From Lama glama (taxonomy: Eukaryota): 64,000 nucleotides of DNA. This document shows, piece by piece, positions 37,740 to 51,199 of this stretch. A model generated the notes under the pieces. That model ran no database searches, was not told the DNA's origin, and saw only the letters and a list, made by a program, of their open reading frames with translations. Numbering within the stretch: position 1 is the stretch's first letter; each line of letters starts with the position of its first letter. The translations under genes were made by a program, and so were the position numbers. The DNA lies in the NCBI GenBank assembly GCA_028534125.1, contig CM052816.1:13952001-14016000 (forward strand), given 5' to 3'.

Positions 37740-40335
37740 AACATTTGGAATTTTTCTAGGTATCTCACTGTTTTAAATTTCTAATTCCATTTCACTGTAG
37801 TCAGAAAATATACACCACAAAATTACAATCCTTGTAAATTTGTTGAGATGTTTTACAGCTCACGATGTAGTTTATCTTGATGAATGTACCACATGCACTC
37901 AAAAAGAAATGTATATTCTGCAACTGTTAAATAGTGTTGCATAAATATCAATTCGATTAAAACAGTTAATAGTGCTATTTACATTTTCTATGATTTTCCT
38001 TATATTTTTCTCTAGTTGTCCTATTAACTGCTGAAGTGGTGTTAATTTTCTAATGGCTGAATACATCTATTTCTCCTTTTAATGCTGTCAGTTTTTGCTC
38101 ACGTATTTTGAAGCTCTGTTATTAGAAGCATGCATACTGATGACTGATCAGTTATAAACTGACCATTTATCAATATATGTCTCTCTTGACCTCTTTATCT
38201 TAAAGCCTACGTTACCTGTTGTCAATATAGCCAAACCAGCCATTTTATGCTATTTGCATGTTATAACTTAATCTACCCATTTCCTTTCAATCTGTTTGTC
38301 TTGATACTTAAAATGGGTTATTTATAGACAGCATACAGTTGGATCTTATATTTGTATACAGTTCGTCAATCTTTGCTTTTAATTGGACTGCTTATTCTGT
38401 TTACATTTAATGATTATTTATATGGTTGGATTTAGGTCTGACATTTCACTCTTTTCTGCCTGTCCTCTCTGGTTTTGTTCCTCTTTGCCTACCTTCTATT
38501 GGGTTAATCATTTTTTAGAATTCCATTTTAATTTATGTATCGGTGTTTTAGGTATACCTCTTTGCATTTTTGTTTTATCTCAGTCATTGCTCTAGAGATT
38601 ACAATATTTGTCCTTAACCTTTCACAGTCTCCTGAGAGTTAATATGATACCATTTCACAAAACTTAAGAACCTTACGACTGTATATGCCCATCTTCTCCA
38701 TTCCCACCCTTTATACTATGGTTTTTATAGATGTGAGATGTTAATAAATCCCAACAACCAGTGTTACAAAATACATATGACTGTATTTTAAAAGAATTAG
38801 AAGGAAAACAAGGCCTTTCCTCTTTATCTACATATTTACCACACCCAGTGCTGCTCTTCATCCCTTCCTGATGGTCCAGATTCCCCTCAGGTATCATTTC
38901 CCTTCAACCCGGAGAACTTCCTCTAGCATTTCTTGTAGTGCAGTCAACTGGCAATGAACTCTCTTAATTCTGTTTATCAGCAAATGACCCCTCTGTGCCC
39001 TCTTCATTCTTAAAGGGTATTTTTGTTGCTTCCAGAATTCTGGCTTGGTTTGTGTTTCTTTCAGCATTTCAAAGTTATTGTTCCAGGTTTCTAGAGGTTA
39101 CAGAGTCCACAGCCACTCACATCCTATCTCTCTGGCCACTTTCAAGATTTACTCTTTATCTTTCGTTTTCTTCAGATGTATGATATTTTGTCTGGGTATC
39201 ATTTTCTTTTATTTTTAATATCACTTGGGGCTTATTTGGTTTCATAAATTATTAAATGTATGACTTTAAATATAGGACATTTTCAGCCATTACTTCTTCA
39301 AGAATTTTTCTGTTTCATTCTCTCTTTCCTCCATTTCTGAGACTCCAATTAAACATGTGTCAGACCTTTTTATATTGTTCACAGGTCATGAGGTTCTAAA
39401 ATCTTTTCACTCTCAATTCTTCAGCTTGGATGGCTTCTAATGACCTACCGCCAAGTTTATGAATTCCTTCTTTTGTTATCTCCAACCTTGCATTAATTTC
39501 ATCCAGTGAATTTTTTCCAGACACGCTACCAGTTCTAGAATGCTGATTTGGTTCTTTTCATAGTTTCCCTTTTCCTGTTGAGCTTTCCACTTGTTCATTC
39601 ATTGTGAGAATATTTTCCTGTATGTACTTGAAAATCGTTATAATAGCTGCTTTAAAATCTTTGTCTGCTAAATGCAACAAATCGGTCATCTGGCGCTAGG
39701 TATCCAAAGATCATCTTTGCTTGAGTGTAAGTCACATTATTCTGTTTCTTCATACATCAAGCAATTTTGTATTATTACCTGACCAGAGAGAATGAAATGT
39801 TGTAGAACCTCCGCCTTCTATAGTGTTTCTCCAAGTAGTGTTATCATCATCATCTTGCTGTACTTTTAGCAGGCCAACTGATCTACTAACTTGAAACTCC
39901 AGGTTCTGCTTCCCAAGCCACAGGTGCCAGCTGGTATCTCTGTTGAGTTCCACAGGCCTTACTCTTGGGCTGTTTGGAGCCAACCCCATGCAAGCATAAT
40001 TCAGGGATTAGCCAGAACTTTAGGCAACCCTTCTTTTTTGGGGGGCGGTGGTTATTAGGTTTATTTATTTGTTTTAAAATTTTTTGTTAATGGAAGTACT
40101 GGGGATTTGAACCCAGGACCTTGTGCGTGCTAAAGCATGTACTCTACCACTGAGCTACACCCCCCCCCTGGGCAACCCTTCTTTGCTCTCTCTCTCTTTT
40201 AAAGCGTAGACTCTTTCCCAACTATATCTGCTTTTGATGACTTGCCAGTCCCTCCAGGTGGTTGTTTGTCTATTTTTCCCAGAGTTTATAGTTGTTATCT
40301 GTGAGGGGGTTGGTCTGATAGGAGCTAGTTAGATA
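37740..40335 (-). mobile_element. Old L1 (L1M) 5'/ORF1 to endonuclease region
   Basis: T-rich, with TAATTCCATTTCACTGTAGTCAGAAAATA, GGACATTTTCAGCCATTACTTCTTCAA and TATAATAGCTGCTTTAAAATC. Confidence 0.75.
40037..40170 (-). mobile_element. Vic-1-type SINE
   Basis: Reverse-complement head (GAACCCAGGACC...CTCTACCACTGAGCTACACCC). Perfect 14-bp TSD GGCAACCCTTCTTT at 40023-40036 and 40171-40184. Confidence 0.92.
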
Positions 40336-41074
40336 TTACTGGGAGTAATCCATTGTACATTTTTAAATGGAGGGGTGACAAGAACTTATTTACTTGTTAA
40401 AGAAATCATTTTGGCTGCTCCATGGGGGAATGAATTGTGGCAGGAATCAATAGTGGAAGCAAGGAAACCTGTTGTGAGGCCATTTTAATGGTCCAGGAAA
40501 GAGTTGGGGTGGCTTATACTATGGTGACAGCGGGGGGAAGCAGAAGAAATGGAGAGAGACAGATTCACATGTAAAGGTAAAGTCAACAGGATTTGCTAAA
40601 GGATTAGATGTGGTGGGTCAGAGAAAAAGAAAACAACAGGATGGCTGCTAGGTTTACAGCCTGAGCACTTGGGTCAATAACGGTGTCTTTTAACGAGACA
40701 GAGAAGACTCGGGAAGAAGCAGATGAGGGGTGAGGCGTATTAAAATACATTGAGTTTGAGGTGCTTACGAGATACCTAAGAAGAAGCACCAAGTAGGTGC
40801 CTGGATGTATGACACTGGAGTTCAAAGCAGAGCTGAGAGCTGAAGGTATAGATTTGAATTTTTCAGTTCATATAAGATATGTAACACAATGGGATTAGAT
40901 AAACTCACTTGAGGAAAGTGGAGATGAAGAGAGGCGGTTGCAGGAACGAGCTCTTGGACTCTCTGAAATTTAAAGGTTGAGCAGAAGAGAAGAGGCCAGC
41001 AAAAGAGAAATCAAAGAGGCATCCAGTAAGCTAGGGAGAAAATCCTAGAGAAAAAAAAAAAAAACAGCTTTAAG

Positions 41075-41885
41075 AGATGACACACCTGTTAGAATCTATC
41101 ATCAAAAAGACAAGAAATAACAAGTACTGGTGAGGATGTGCAAAAAAAGGGACCCCTCGTGCCCTGTTGGTGGGAATGTAAACTGGTGCAGCCACTATAG
41201 AAAACAGTATGGAGGTTACTCAAAAATTTAAAAATAGAGCTACCGATGAACCAGTAATTCCACTTCTGGGTATTTATCCAAAGAAAATGAAAACACTAAC
41301 TCAAAAAGACATTCACACTCCCCATGGTCACTGAAGCATTATTTACAATAGCCAAGATATGGAAATAACCTAAGTCTCCATCAAATGGGTGAATGGATAA
41401 AGAAGATGCGGTGTAGATATAAGGTAATATTATTCAGACATAAAAAAAGAATGAAATCCTGCCATTTGTGACAACGTGGATAGACCTTGAGGGCATTATG
41501 CTAAATAAGTCAGACAGAGAAAGACAAATACCACAGCATCTCACTTGTATGTGGAATCTAGAAAGCAAACAAACAAGCAAACAGTAATACCTAAGCTCCC
41601 AGCTCACAGATACAGGGAACAGACTGGTGGCTGCCAGAGCAGAGTGGGGGTAAGGGCTGGACAGAATGGGTGAAGAAGGTCAAAAGGTACAAACTTCTGT
41701 TATAAAATAAATAAACCATGGGGATGGAATGGTGACTATTGTTAATAACACTGTACTGCGTATCTGAAAGTTGCTAAGAGAGCAGATCTTAAAAGTCCTC
41801 ATCCCAAGGGGAAAAAAAAAACTGTGTCACTACATACGGTGACAGATGTTGACTCATTTCACAATATATACAAACATCGAAACAA
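41075..41885 (+). mobile_element. L1 3' end (L1MA-like)
   Basis: Contains TGTTGGTGGGAATGTAAACTGGTGCAGCCAC, CCATTTGTGACAACGTGGATAGACCTTGAGG and GAAAGTTGCTAAGAGAGCAGATCTTAAAAG. Confidence 0.88.
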
Positions 41886-44335
41886 AAAGGAGTCATGAGT
41901 TGAATGCTGCTGTGAATTTGAGGAAGATGAAGGCAGAGAACAACCTTTAGACTGAGTGTGGGAGGGTGTACATGAGTGAGGGTCTGAAGCCCACGTGGGT
42001 CATCGATGAGGAGAAACCTGAAGGGAAGGGGCGCATCAAATGGGTGATGATGGAGAATATTTGTATAAGTTGCACCGTGAATGGGAAAGAAATAAGCCAG
42101 TGGCTGAAGAGGCATGTGGACCAAAGAAAGCTTTTCTCAGTTTAATAGCAGAGTTACAATATGTTTGTATACTGATAGGGGAAATCCACTTGCCTTCATT
42201 GTGCAGGCTGGATTCAAACACAGCCTGCCTGTTCTTGGCTTCCCTTTTCATAGCCCACATTTCCCCAAAGAGAGGAAGAGCATATATTTCACTGTCTTTA
42301 ACACAGACAAGGGCTGCTTAGCTGAGCAGTTATCAACGGGTACAGAATTCCACTGTCATCTGATTATCAGGAGGCACCTTGTGGTCACTGATTCTAACAG
42401 TCCTACGTTTAACACCCTGTGTAAAACGTTAAATAGGTACATATGGAAATTCTTGCATAATAAGAGAATTTTCTCTGGGTGACATGCTCAGTCTTCTTAA
42501 TGATGAGTTACACAGGCCTTTCCTATAGTCCCTAGAGGAGCAATATAGTTCAGTTTTAAGAATACCTACTTTGGTATCACTCAGACCTAAGTTCAAGTTC
42601 CGGTTCTGCCTCTTCCTAATGCTGTGTCCATTTTTAAAATAATAAATACACTTCACTAGCCAACTATTTGTATGCCTCCTAGACTTCATTTCTATATTTG
42701 ACTTTCCATTCTTGTACTCAGTGGCTGCCCTGTACATATAAATGCAGGTACCATGTACTGCAACCACGTTAAAAAAATCTACCTTGGCATTGGAACACTG
42801 TGAGTGCAGGCGACCTGAGCCCTGCACTCAGTATTTGCACTGCGGATGTGAAGACAGTCCACACCCCCAGGAGTTTCCGGCCACCAGGGATCACTAAATT
42901 GCATAAGCAGGTGTCCGTGCAAAGTCCAAGAGGTTAATAATGAACAACTTATTTTATCTGTAGCTAGGGAGGTAGACTCAGTGCTGTCAACACCAAGCGA
43001 ACACACAACAAAGCATTTCCCAAGAGAGATCCAGAGAGATAAGTCAGAGAGAAATGCACCTGTTAGAAAGATTATGCTTTTCCTGGGATTGCCTACTGGT
43101 TTTCCAACAACTGGTCATATTTGTCCATATAAGTCACTCTTTTCCCCTCTGTCTTACTTATCTGAACTGATAATACTCGGAACAAAGACAAAAATATATT
43201 TCCCTATGAAACCTATTAAAAGACAGGGCACCCTCCACATCAATGGAAAGGATCAGCTTTCTCATCTAAAGTCAAATAAAAAGATCTGACAGTGGTAATG
43301 GTTGGTGTCTAGAAATTACTCTGAGAGTCATTTATTCAAAGATTAGATTTCCTATTGTTCTCATGTTGGGGTCTGGAATTTGCCTGAAAATGAAGCAACA
43401 GGGAGAAGAGATGCTTCCTAACGATTTGCATACACTGGGCTTGCTATCCGGCCAGCCAGAACCGTTAGAGGATCAAACCAATAGCACATTTCAGAGTGAA
43501 AGAGAGAAAAGAGCGCCTCCTTCACAAGTCAAACGAAAATAAATAAATATTCCAGGCTTTTGAATGTTCATTTAGTTTTACACACTGTCCCAGCCAACAG
43601 AGCTCCTGTACTCTTGTGTTAAGACATGTCCTTTCTCTGGCCTCTTTAACATTTAAATTGAGCAGACAAGCCTTTGTTACCAGCAGCAACTCATCCACAT
43701 CGCCCCCCTTCACACACGTACATGCCAGTTTGAGAAACTCAATCTTCCTGCTTCCAAAGCATGAAAGGCTGCCTTGGCCCCATGGTGCCGAGGAGTCCAG
43801 GTGTCCCAAGAAAGGGCTTAGATCGTGGGCGACCCAGCCCCTCCCCTGGGAACGGCCCGCTGACAGCAGCACTGGAAACCACCACCCAAAGTGGAGGCTT
43901 GTGGGTGAACTGTTACTGTTTTAAATTGTAAAACTCCTTCCAGGTCCAACCAGAGAGAACAGCATAGCTTCTGTAGGAAACAGCAAAATTACACAGAGAG
44001 GAGTTAACAGTATAGACTATGCGTGATGGTCACACTGAGCAGAAAAGCGGCCTGTGCTGCAGATCTCTAGCTCTCGGGGCTCCCAGCAGTTCATTTTCAC
44101 CAGCCTAACAAATAGCATCTGGCTCCCTTAGGAGAAGTCAAGTGTGCACAGCAGTCACAGAAGACTGAGGGCTGGGCTTCTTTCCATTTTCATCGAAAGG
44201 GTGGGTTGCAACCTTTTAAAAGATGAGTATAAGAGTATGTATGTATGTAAAAGAGACAAAGCGTAATATTTTCAGCTGTGTCACCTAGAAGATGTGCAGC
44301 AAGGAGAGGGGTAGCTATGCTTTCTAGTATTAAGG

Positions 44336-44525
44336 GCAGGGTTTCTCACTGGGCTCCACAGGCCACCTGCACCAAACTCATCTGGGGCATGGGTTTAAAT
44401 TACAGATTCCTCGGCTCCCGCCCTCATAGATTCTCATTTACTGCTCTGAGATGAGTCCTAGGAGTCTGTGTTTTTGACACACTCCCCTAGTGATCTTAGG
44501 TGCCCTATAGTTTTGAGAATCACTA
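44336..44525. mobile_element. MER5-like hAT MITE
   Basis: Termini CAGGGTTTCTCA and TTTGAGAATCACT, with internal CAGATTCCTCGGC...AGGAGTCTGTGTTTTT. Confidence 0.75.
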
Positions 44526-44629
44526 GCACACGGTATAGGAAGAACTATTACAGAGTTGAGCCTTGGGGAATAAAATAAACAGATTTTCTTCACCCCTATT
44601 TTCAGACAGGCCAAGGTTATTGCCTATTA

Positions 44630-45945
44630 AGGATACATGATAAAGGTAAGACTGTTCAAAACATGGGGTCAGGACAACTGGCCATTCACGTGAAAAAATA
44701 AAATGTGATTCCTGCCTCACACCATACACAAAATTAATTCTAGGCAAATGAAAAAAAAAACTAAATGTGAAAAGTCAGCAATTCTCCTTTTTTTTTTTTG
44801 TTCTAATGGAACAAAAAAGGAGAATTTTTTTTTAATTTTGTGGTAGGGAAAGTTTTTTTTGAACAAGCTACAAGAACAAAGTATTAAAGAATGATTTATC
44901 AATTTGCCTACAAGAAATTTAAAAAAATCTTTATATAAAAGATTTGAACTATAAAAGATAAGCAACCAACTAGTAGAAGAAACTTGGAACACTCAGATTT
45001 GATAGCTTACTTTCATACTTAAGAACTCCTACAAATCAGTGGGAAAGAGAAAACTCAATACAGAAATGGACAAAGAGTGCAGACAACTCACCATACACAA
45101 ATAAGCAAAAAAAAATACTCAACAAATTTAAAAATGTTCAATCTACCACTCCAGGAAGTGCAAACACTTAAAGAATTAGCTGTCACTTTCATACCCATTA
45201 GATTGGAAGAAATATTTTAAATCTGACATTGTTTGTGAGAATCTTAAGAAATGACAGCTCTTACACATTGCTAACGGTAATTTAAATTCATTTAATCAGT
45301 TTGGAGAGCAATTTCTTAATCTTTACTTAATTGTAAAATGTACATTACCTTATGACCCATCAATTCTACTGCTGAATAAATATTGAAGGAAATTTCCTAT
45401 ATGTACACAAGAAAATGTATAAGAATGTTCATTTTGGCATTGTTTATGATTATATGTTTAAACAAAGGAAACTAAGGAGAATATTTTCCTTAAAAGGCAA
45501 AATATCCATCAACAGGGCAGTGAACAAACTGCGATCTCTATATAGTGGATCACTGGGAGCAATTAAAATGAAGCAGGTCTACTGAAGGAACAGGGATTAA
45601 TCTGCAAAACACAATGTCCAAAGAAAAGCGTATTACAAAAGGATACGTACCATTTAAATAAATTATTAACATACAAATAGGATCTATTTTTAGGTGAACA
45701 ATTAGATATCATAAACAGTATAAAGCACGCACGCAAATGCTGCACATCAATGTGCAGTTAATGGTTTCCTCTGAGGAAGGAGGGGGAGGACTTTAGCTGT
45801 CACATCTCACGTCTTAAAAAATTAATCTGAAGCAAATATGACACAACGTTAACGTGTTAACCTGAGTGGTGAGTAAACGGATGTCTGTCATATTATTTGT
45901 GTAGGCTGAAATATTTCATAATTACAAGAAAAAATAAAACAAACA
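44630..45945 (+). mobile_element. Ancient L1 3' portion (L1ME-like)
   Basis: Contains CCTCACACCATACACAAAATTAATTC, TATGACCCATCAATTCTAC and the terminal TGAAATATTTCATAAT. Confidence 0.75.
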
Positions 45946-47049
45946 AAAATCAACCACAGGGACGTGATTAGGTTGCGTAAGACTGGCACAGTCCATTATA
46001 GTCCTGTGACACACAGACACAGGCCAGGTGGGTGGGAGTCTAGGTCACCAGCTTTTTTTTTTTTCCCAAAGAAACATGTTGGGAAGCAGAAATGAAAAGA
46101 TTTTTGCAAGGCTAATGCCTATAGGATTTGGTTAAAGCAAAACAGGAGTAGTAAGTAGTATTTATTCATGGACGGAGCAAAGGAAATGCTGATAATTGCA
46201 TGTGTGTGATGCTATCTTGAAACCAAGTATGCTTAGCAGATAGGAGATTTTGTGATTACACTTTCTCTTCCTAAATAAATTGGTCATAAAAATAGCACCA
46301 GATAAACCAAAGAGATGAGGAGACCTAGCTAATGTGAAATCCAGAAAATTAAGGTATCCTTTGTGATATCCTGAAAAAAATACATTTGGTCATAGACTGT
46401 CAGAGGTCGGTCTCCAAACAAATCATATTGTGAGACCCAGAGAACTTGCTCTTCTCCCGGGTGCACCGTAGGCAAAAAGTTTCCCTTGAAGTCATGGCCG
46501 AAGGGCTAGTAGGTTAGTGACAGCATCTCCTGCTCCAGAAATCTTTGAGAATGAACAAGGGTCATGACTGAGTACAATATTGCTTGGCGGAAAAAAAAAG
46601 GAGTTCCAGGCCAGAATCTGGAGTATAATCGCTGCTCAGTGAGCATTTGCTGAACTTACAGAACTGCCTCCATAAAGAGAGGCCAACCCAGGCAGCTGGG
46701 CAAGACCATTAGCAACACTCGATTCTTTCAGTGAAATTGTACCTCATGGATCATATAGACTTTCTGCTTTCTCTTTCCCCCTTTACTTCTGCTTTTACCC
46801 CCTTTTTGTCCACTTTTCTGTTACCCTCTACTTATCCTTTTGTCAGCTGGGTTCCAAAGATTATTTAATCAGCTTTTTAAGGATGTATCCCAGCCTGTCA
46901 TCACTAATGGAGCCATTGTGCTTTGAAAAGCACTGTTGTCAGAAAGGCCTTTCATAAAGGAACTTGTCAAAGTCAACCCAGCAGCCCGTTTGACACAGGA
47001 CGCAGGTATCGATCGGTCGAGTGGACCATTAGAAGCTGGGCCCCTCCCT

Positions 47050-47483
47050 TGTCCTAGGGGATGAGTTTTCATTAGTCAAAGCCAAATATAGTAGGATTTC
47101 TCTTGCCAGTGACTGAGAAACATGCATTGTTGCCATTCTGGCCAAAGAGACAGGAGGAAAGCCTGCTGAGAAACTCATTTTGCCGCTAAAAATAAGAGAC
47201 AGGACCATTCCCTTTTCCTGCTTTTCAAGTTAACTCTGTGAGGTGATACCCTCACTGACTGCAGCCATCCTGTGACATGGGGACAAATCTAAGGGGAAAG
47301 CCATGGAAAATGGCAGAATGGAAGACAGGAGGGGGGTAAAGCCTGGACACCATCATTAACCAAATCTGAAACAGCCTGACCCTAGGGTTGCTGGTTAAGT
47401 GAACTAGTAAGTGTCCCAAATATTTAAGTTGCTTTTAAGTGGGTTTTCCGTTTCTTGTAGCAGAAACTATCCTAATAGCTACA
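47050..47483 (+). mobile_element. Old MLT1 LTR (K/L-like)
   Basis: Contains TTCTGGCCAAAGAGACA and CTGCAGCCATCCTGTGAC. Ends GGGTTTTCCGTTTCTTGTAGCAGAAAC...CTACA. Confidence 0.65.
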
Positions 47484-47739
47484 CCCAATTCCAAACTGTG
47501 ATTTCCAGATTCCCTTAGGTGAGCTCTTGGCCTAAAGTGTCTCTGAGAAGACTGTCCACATCTTTTAAAATTGAGGTCATTGGGCCAAAAGCAATTTATT
47601 ACTTGAGGATTTCTGATCTCTCTTCTCCTGGGCAGCACTTCAGAAAGCCGACAATTTGGGTGGGCATTCGCTCACTTGACAAGAGTTGCGGTACCACCTA
47701 GAAGCCAGGTGCTCTTTTAGAAGGCCAGGACTATGGTGG

Positions 47740-48760
47740 TCACTGTTCTCGTGGAGCTGACATTCGAGGGTGAGGGGCAACAGTGATAAATGAGTCAACA
47801 AAGAAGCGGGTGATGTCAGACAGTGATAAGGGCCATGCGGGAAAGGCAGCAGAGTGCTGGGGTTGAGAGTGACTGGTGGAGCGTGGGACCATCTTGGACA
47901 AGCTGGTGGCACAGGCCTCTCTGAGCAAGTGGCATCTTGGTGCCAACTGGAGGAGCCAGCACATGGGACTCTGGGGACAATTTTTCAAGCAGAAGTAAGG
48001 ACCATGTGCAAAGACCTGGGGAGGAAAAGAGCTTGGGGTACTTGAGGAATAGAAAGAGCAATCTGGAAGAACAAATCTGACTCTGTATTAGATCTGTTCC
48101 CTCAGCTCTAACCCTGGGCTCTGTGTCCTGTGCTTAGTCATGCTGGTTCTGCACCTTTTGTAAAAGGATGTTGCCTAGAGCCTCTTTCAGGGATGTTAAT
48201 ACTTTTCCATTCATAGAGAGATACAAAGTTGCAGAACAGAGGAAAACAGTTGTCTTGTTGGCAGTTTATAGGAACATCAGGACCTAATCTACATGGACAG
48301 TTGCAAGAACAAAGGATTCCAACACCAAGTTTGCAACCACCAGCCACATCCTCTCCCCTTTCTACTATAAAAGGAGCCTGAATTCTGACTTGGGGAAGAT
48401 GGTTCTGCAGGACATTAGTTTGCCATCTTCTCGGTCTGCTGGCTTTCTGAATAACGTCATTATTCCTTGCCCCAACACCTTGTCTCCCAATTTATTGGCC
48501 TGTCGTGCAGTGAGCAGAATGAGTTTGGACTTAGTAGCCAAAGAACACATGAGTAGCTGGAAAGGCATGAGAGAGCAGAGGTCGAGGTCGGAGAAGTCTG
48601 CAGCAACCAGGTCAGGCAAGGCCTTGAAGACCACGGCAAGGAGTCTGGATGTGTTCTAAGTGAAAAGGGAAGCCACGGGTGCGTGTGTGGGCTTAACAAC
48701 CCACAATCCAATTACCAAAACGTTTCACTGCAGCCTGCCCTCTGGTCTGACTGCTCAGAA
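47740..48760 (-). mobile_element. L2 fragment split by an LTR
   Basis: GGCCTCTCTGAG...CATGTGCAAAGACCTGGGG on the left resumes as GGCCTTGAAGACCACGGCAAGGAGTCTGGAT. Confidence 0.75.
48058..48540 (+). mobile_element. ERV1 solo LTR (MER41/LTR39-like 3' end)
   Basis: TATAAAA at 48366-48372. R/U5 reads TCTGCTGGCTTTCTGAATAAC...TTTATTGGCCTGTCGTGCAGTGAGCAG. Possible TSD AAGA; the 5' boundary is uncertain. Confidence 0.75.
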
Positions 48761-50437
48761 AGGCCATTCTATGTCTTTGTCAGCAGGTCAGTGTCCTACA
48801 CATGAATCAGAGAGCCCTGGGATGCAGTCTGAGCAGAGGGGGCCAGAGGAAGGGGGCCAGCTATGCCGAGGCTCTCACTTTGGTCCTAACCCCACTCCGC
48901 CCACTTGGGAGGCCGGCTCCTCTCCATGAGGGAGACGAGGAATCTGACATATTAAACAGTTCAAAAAAAAAAACCAAAAACAAAAACAAAAACAAAAAAC
49001 CACTTCTTCAAGTTCACTGCCCTGTTGGAGGCCTCACAACAAGCAGCAAAACTTTCTTTAAAAAAAAAAAAAAGAGAAAAGAAAAGAAAAAAAGTAGGTC
49101 AGGGCTCTTCTGCCTGGTAGCGCACTGAGTGCTGGGCAAATTCCAAAAGCAACCGCTCCACTTGGAGGTCTCTACTGAGCAATTTGAGTGATGTCAGGAC
49201 TAAGGGCCTCCGAAAGCCGAACGGTTTCTGAACTTGACCTCACCCGTGGTTTTCCTGGTAACTTTTTCAAACCGTTACTTCCTGCCCTGCGCTTTATTTA
49301 TCCCACATGTTTATTTTCTATACAGTCTATTCCGAAATAGAGCTCTGTGTGAGTTTCCAGGTCACTGCGTCCCATCAGGGCAAACTCAACAGATGTGGGA
49401 TGAGCTGGAAGATAAAACAGGCCGTCACCGCCAGTGATGCTGAGCACAGGCTGCCACCGCTGAGTGGGCTTCTTGTTCTGGGGCCAGCCAGGGAAAGTCA
49501 GCATCTGTGAGCTGGGCCATCAGTCCTTTCTCCTCTGAAGGACATCTTGTGGTCAGGGCAGTCCCCCCAAACCGCATCCCCGAGAGCGTCTCTTGCTGAC
49601 ATGTTCAACATGAGTATGGAGGTCAGAGAGACATCCACAGATTCCTGAGAAGCCTGCTTTAATTTCTTTTTCTCTTGAGGGCACCAGCAATTTCCTTCCA
49701 TTTAATTCATTCTTCGGGTCTGCTGGCACAGCCTGCTGTTGTCACGGCAACGGGGACCAGCAATGCGGCTCTCTAAGGTTAATGCACCCTGTGGCCCACT
49801 GCCCACAGGCCTCAGCCTCCTCTCCAACAGCCCTGCCTGCCCTGGGCCAGGATGCTGCCTGTGCCCTGCCCCCTAGCAGCCTGGCACCACTGCCAGACCA
49901 AGTGCCGGCTGCAGTTTTCAGACAAGATTGATGCCCCTTGCTCATCTACCAGATCCCAACAAATTAAAAAAAAAAAAAAAAAACACACTCCCTAGAAAAC
50001 CAAACCCCAAACCTTTGAACTCAGTTTTGCTAAAACTAAAATTGATCTTTCATGCCTCTGAAACCACACAGGCAGAAACTTGGTTTCAACTGTGGGCTGT
50101 TTGCTTTGACCTCTTCTGCCTAGGAAACTCACTCCTCAGCATCCTGCTAGGGTGGTTCGGTAGTGCGAGGCCTGCATCTCCAGTGGTGGTGGTGATGAGA
50201 GGGTACTGGAACTACTGGAACACAAGCATCATCAAGGGAAAAGCCTTTCCTGGGTCCTTTAGCCTTTAATTATGACTTATTATATATGATGTATTATAAC
50301 TCCATTCCGGATACCTAGAACAGGGCGCCTGGCACACAATAGGCCTTCAGCACAAATTTACTAAGTTAAGAACATTCACTGGCCTCTTTCTTACTATGTG
50401 TCCCGCACTGCAGTATTTTAGATACACTTGTCTCAGC

Positions 50438-51075
50438 TTTTTTTTTTTTTTTTTAAATTGAAGTATAGTTGACTTAGTGTTGTATTAGTTTCTGGTATAC
50501 AGCAAGGTGATTCAGATACACACACACATATATACAAACACACACACACACAGATTCTTTTCCATTATCGGTTATTACAAGGTACCGAATACAGTACCCT
50601 GTGCTATACAGTAAATCCTTGTTGCTTACCTATTTTATATAAAGTAGTGTGTATCTGTTAATCTCAAACTTCTAATTTATTCCTCTTCCCCTTTCCCCTT
50701 TGTTAACCATAGATTTTGTTTTCTATGTCTATGAGTCTGTTTCTGTTTTGTAACTAAATTCATTTGTATCATTTTTTTTAGATTCAACATACCTCTTTCT
50801 GACATACTTCATTTAGTATCATAATTTCTGGGTCCATCCATGTTGCTACAAATGACATTATTTCATTCTTTTTTATGACCGAGTAGTATTCCACTGTATA
50901 TAGACACCACAACTTCTCTATCCAGTCATCTGTTGATGGGCATTTTGATTGCTTCCATGTCTTGGCTATTGTAAATATTGCTGCTATGAACACTGGGGTG
51001 CATGTATCTTTTCAAATTAGACTTCTCATCTTTTTTGGATATATGCTTTTTTCGATTGCTGGATCATAAGGTAAC
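50438..51075 (-). mobile_element. 5'-truncated L1 3' end
   Basis: Poly(T) at 50438 and an ORF encoding MFIAAIFTIAKTWKQSKCPSTDDW. TSD core TGTCTCAGC at 50429-50437 and 51076-51084. Confidence 0.92.
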
Positions 51076-51199
51076 TGTCTCAGCGTTTTAGTAGAGGATG
51101 ACTATGAGGTCAAAAAAAGCATTCATTTCACTCTTACCACAGGCAAGGCACTACCCTAAGCACTATATATGTTAACTCAACTGATGCTCACAACAGCCG

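Larger units (their letters stand above)
37400..42340 (-). mobile_element. Long L2 relic in three pieces (37400-37735, 40345-41075, 41890-42340)
   Basis: The first piece starts TTCATTCATTC...CTACTGAG. Later pieces contain ATTGAGTTTGAGGTG, GGAGTTCAAAGCAGAGCTGAGAGCTG and GAGTTGAATGCTGCTG. Confidence 0.7.

Noticed and set aside
33773..41885. L1 ending at 35706 and L1 starting near 41075 meet at nearly the same consensus position
   Set aside because: The 5.4 kb between them contains older L2 and MIR sequence that cannot have inserted later. Coincidence is more parsimonious than one split element.
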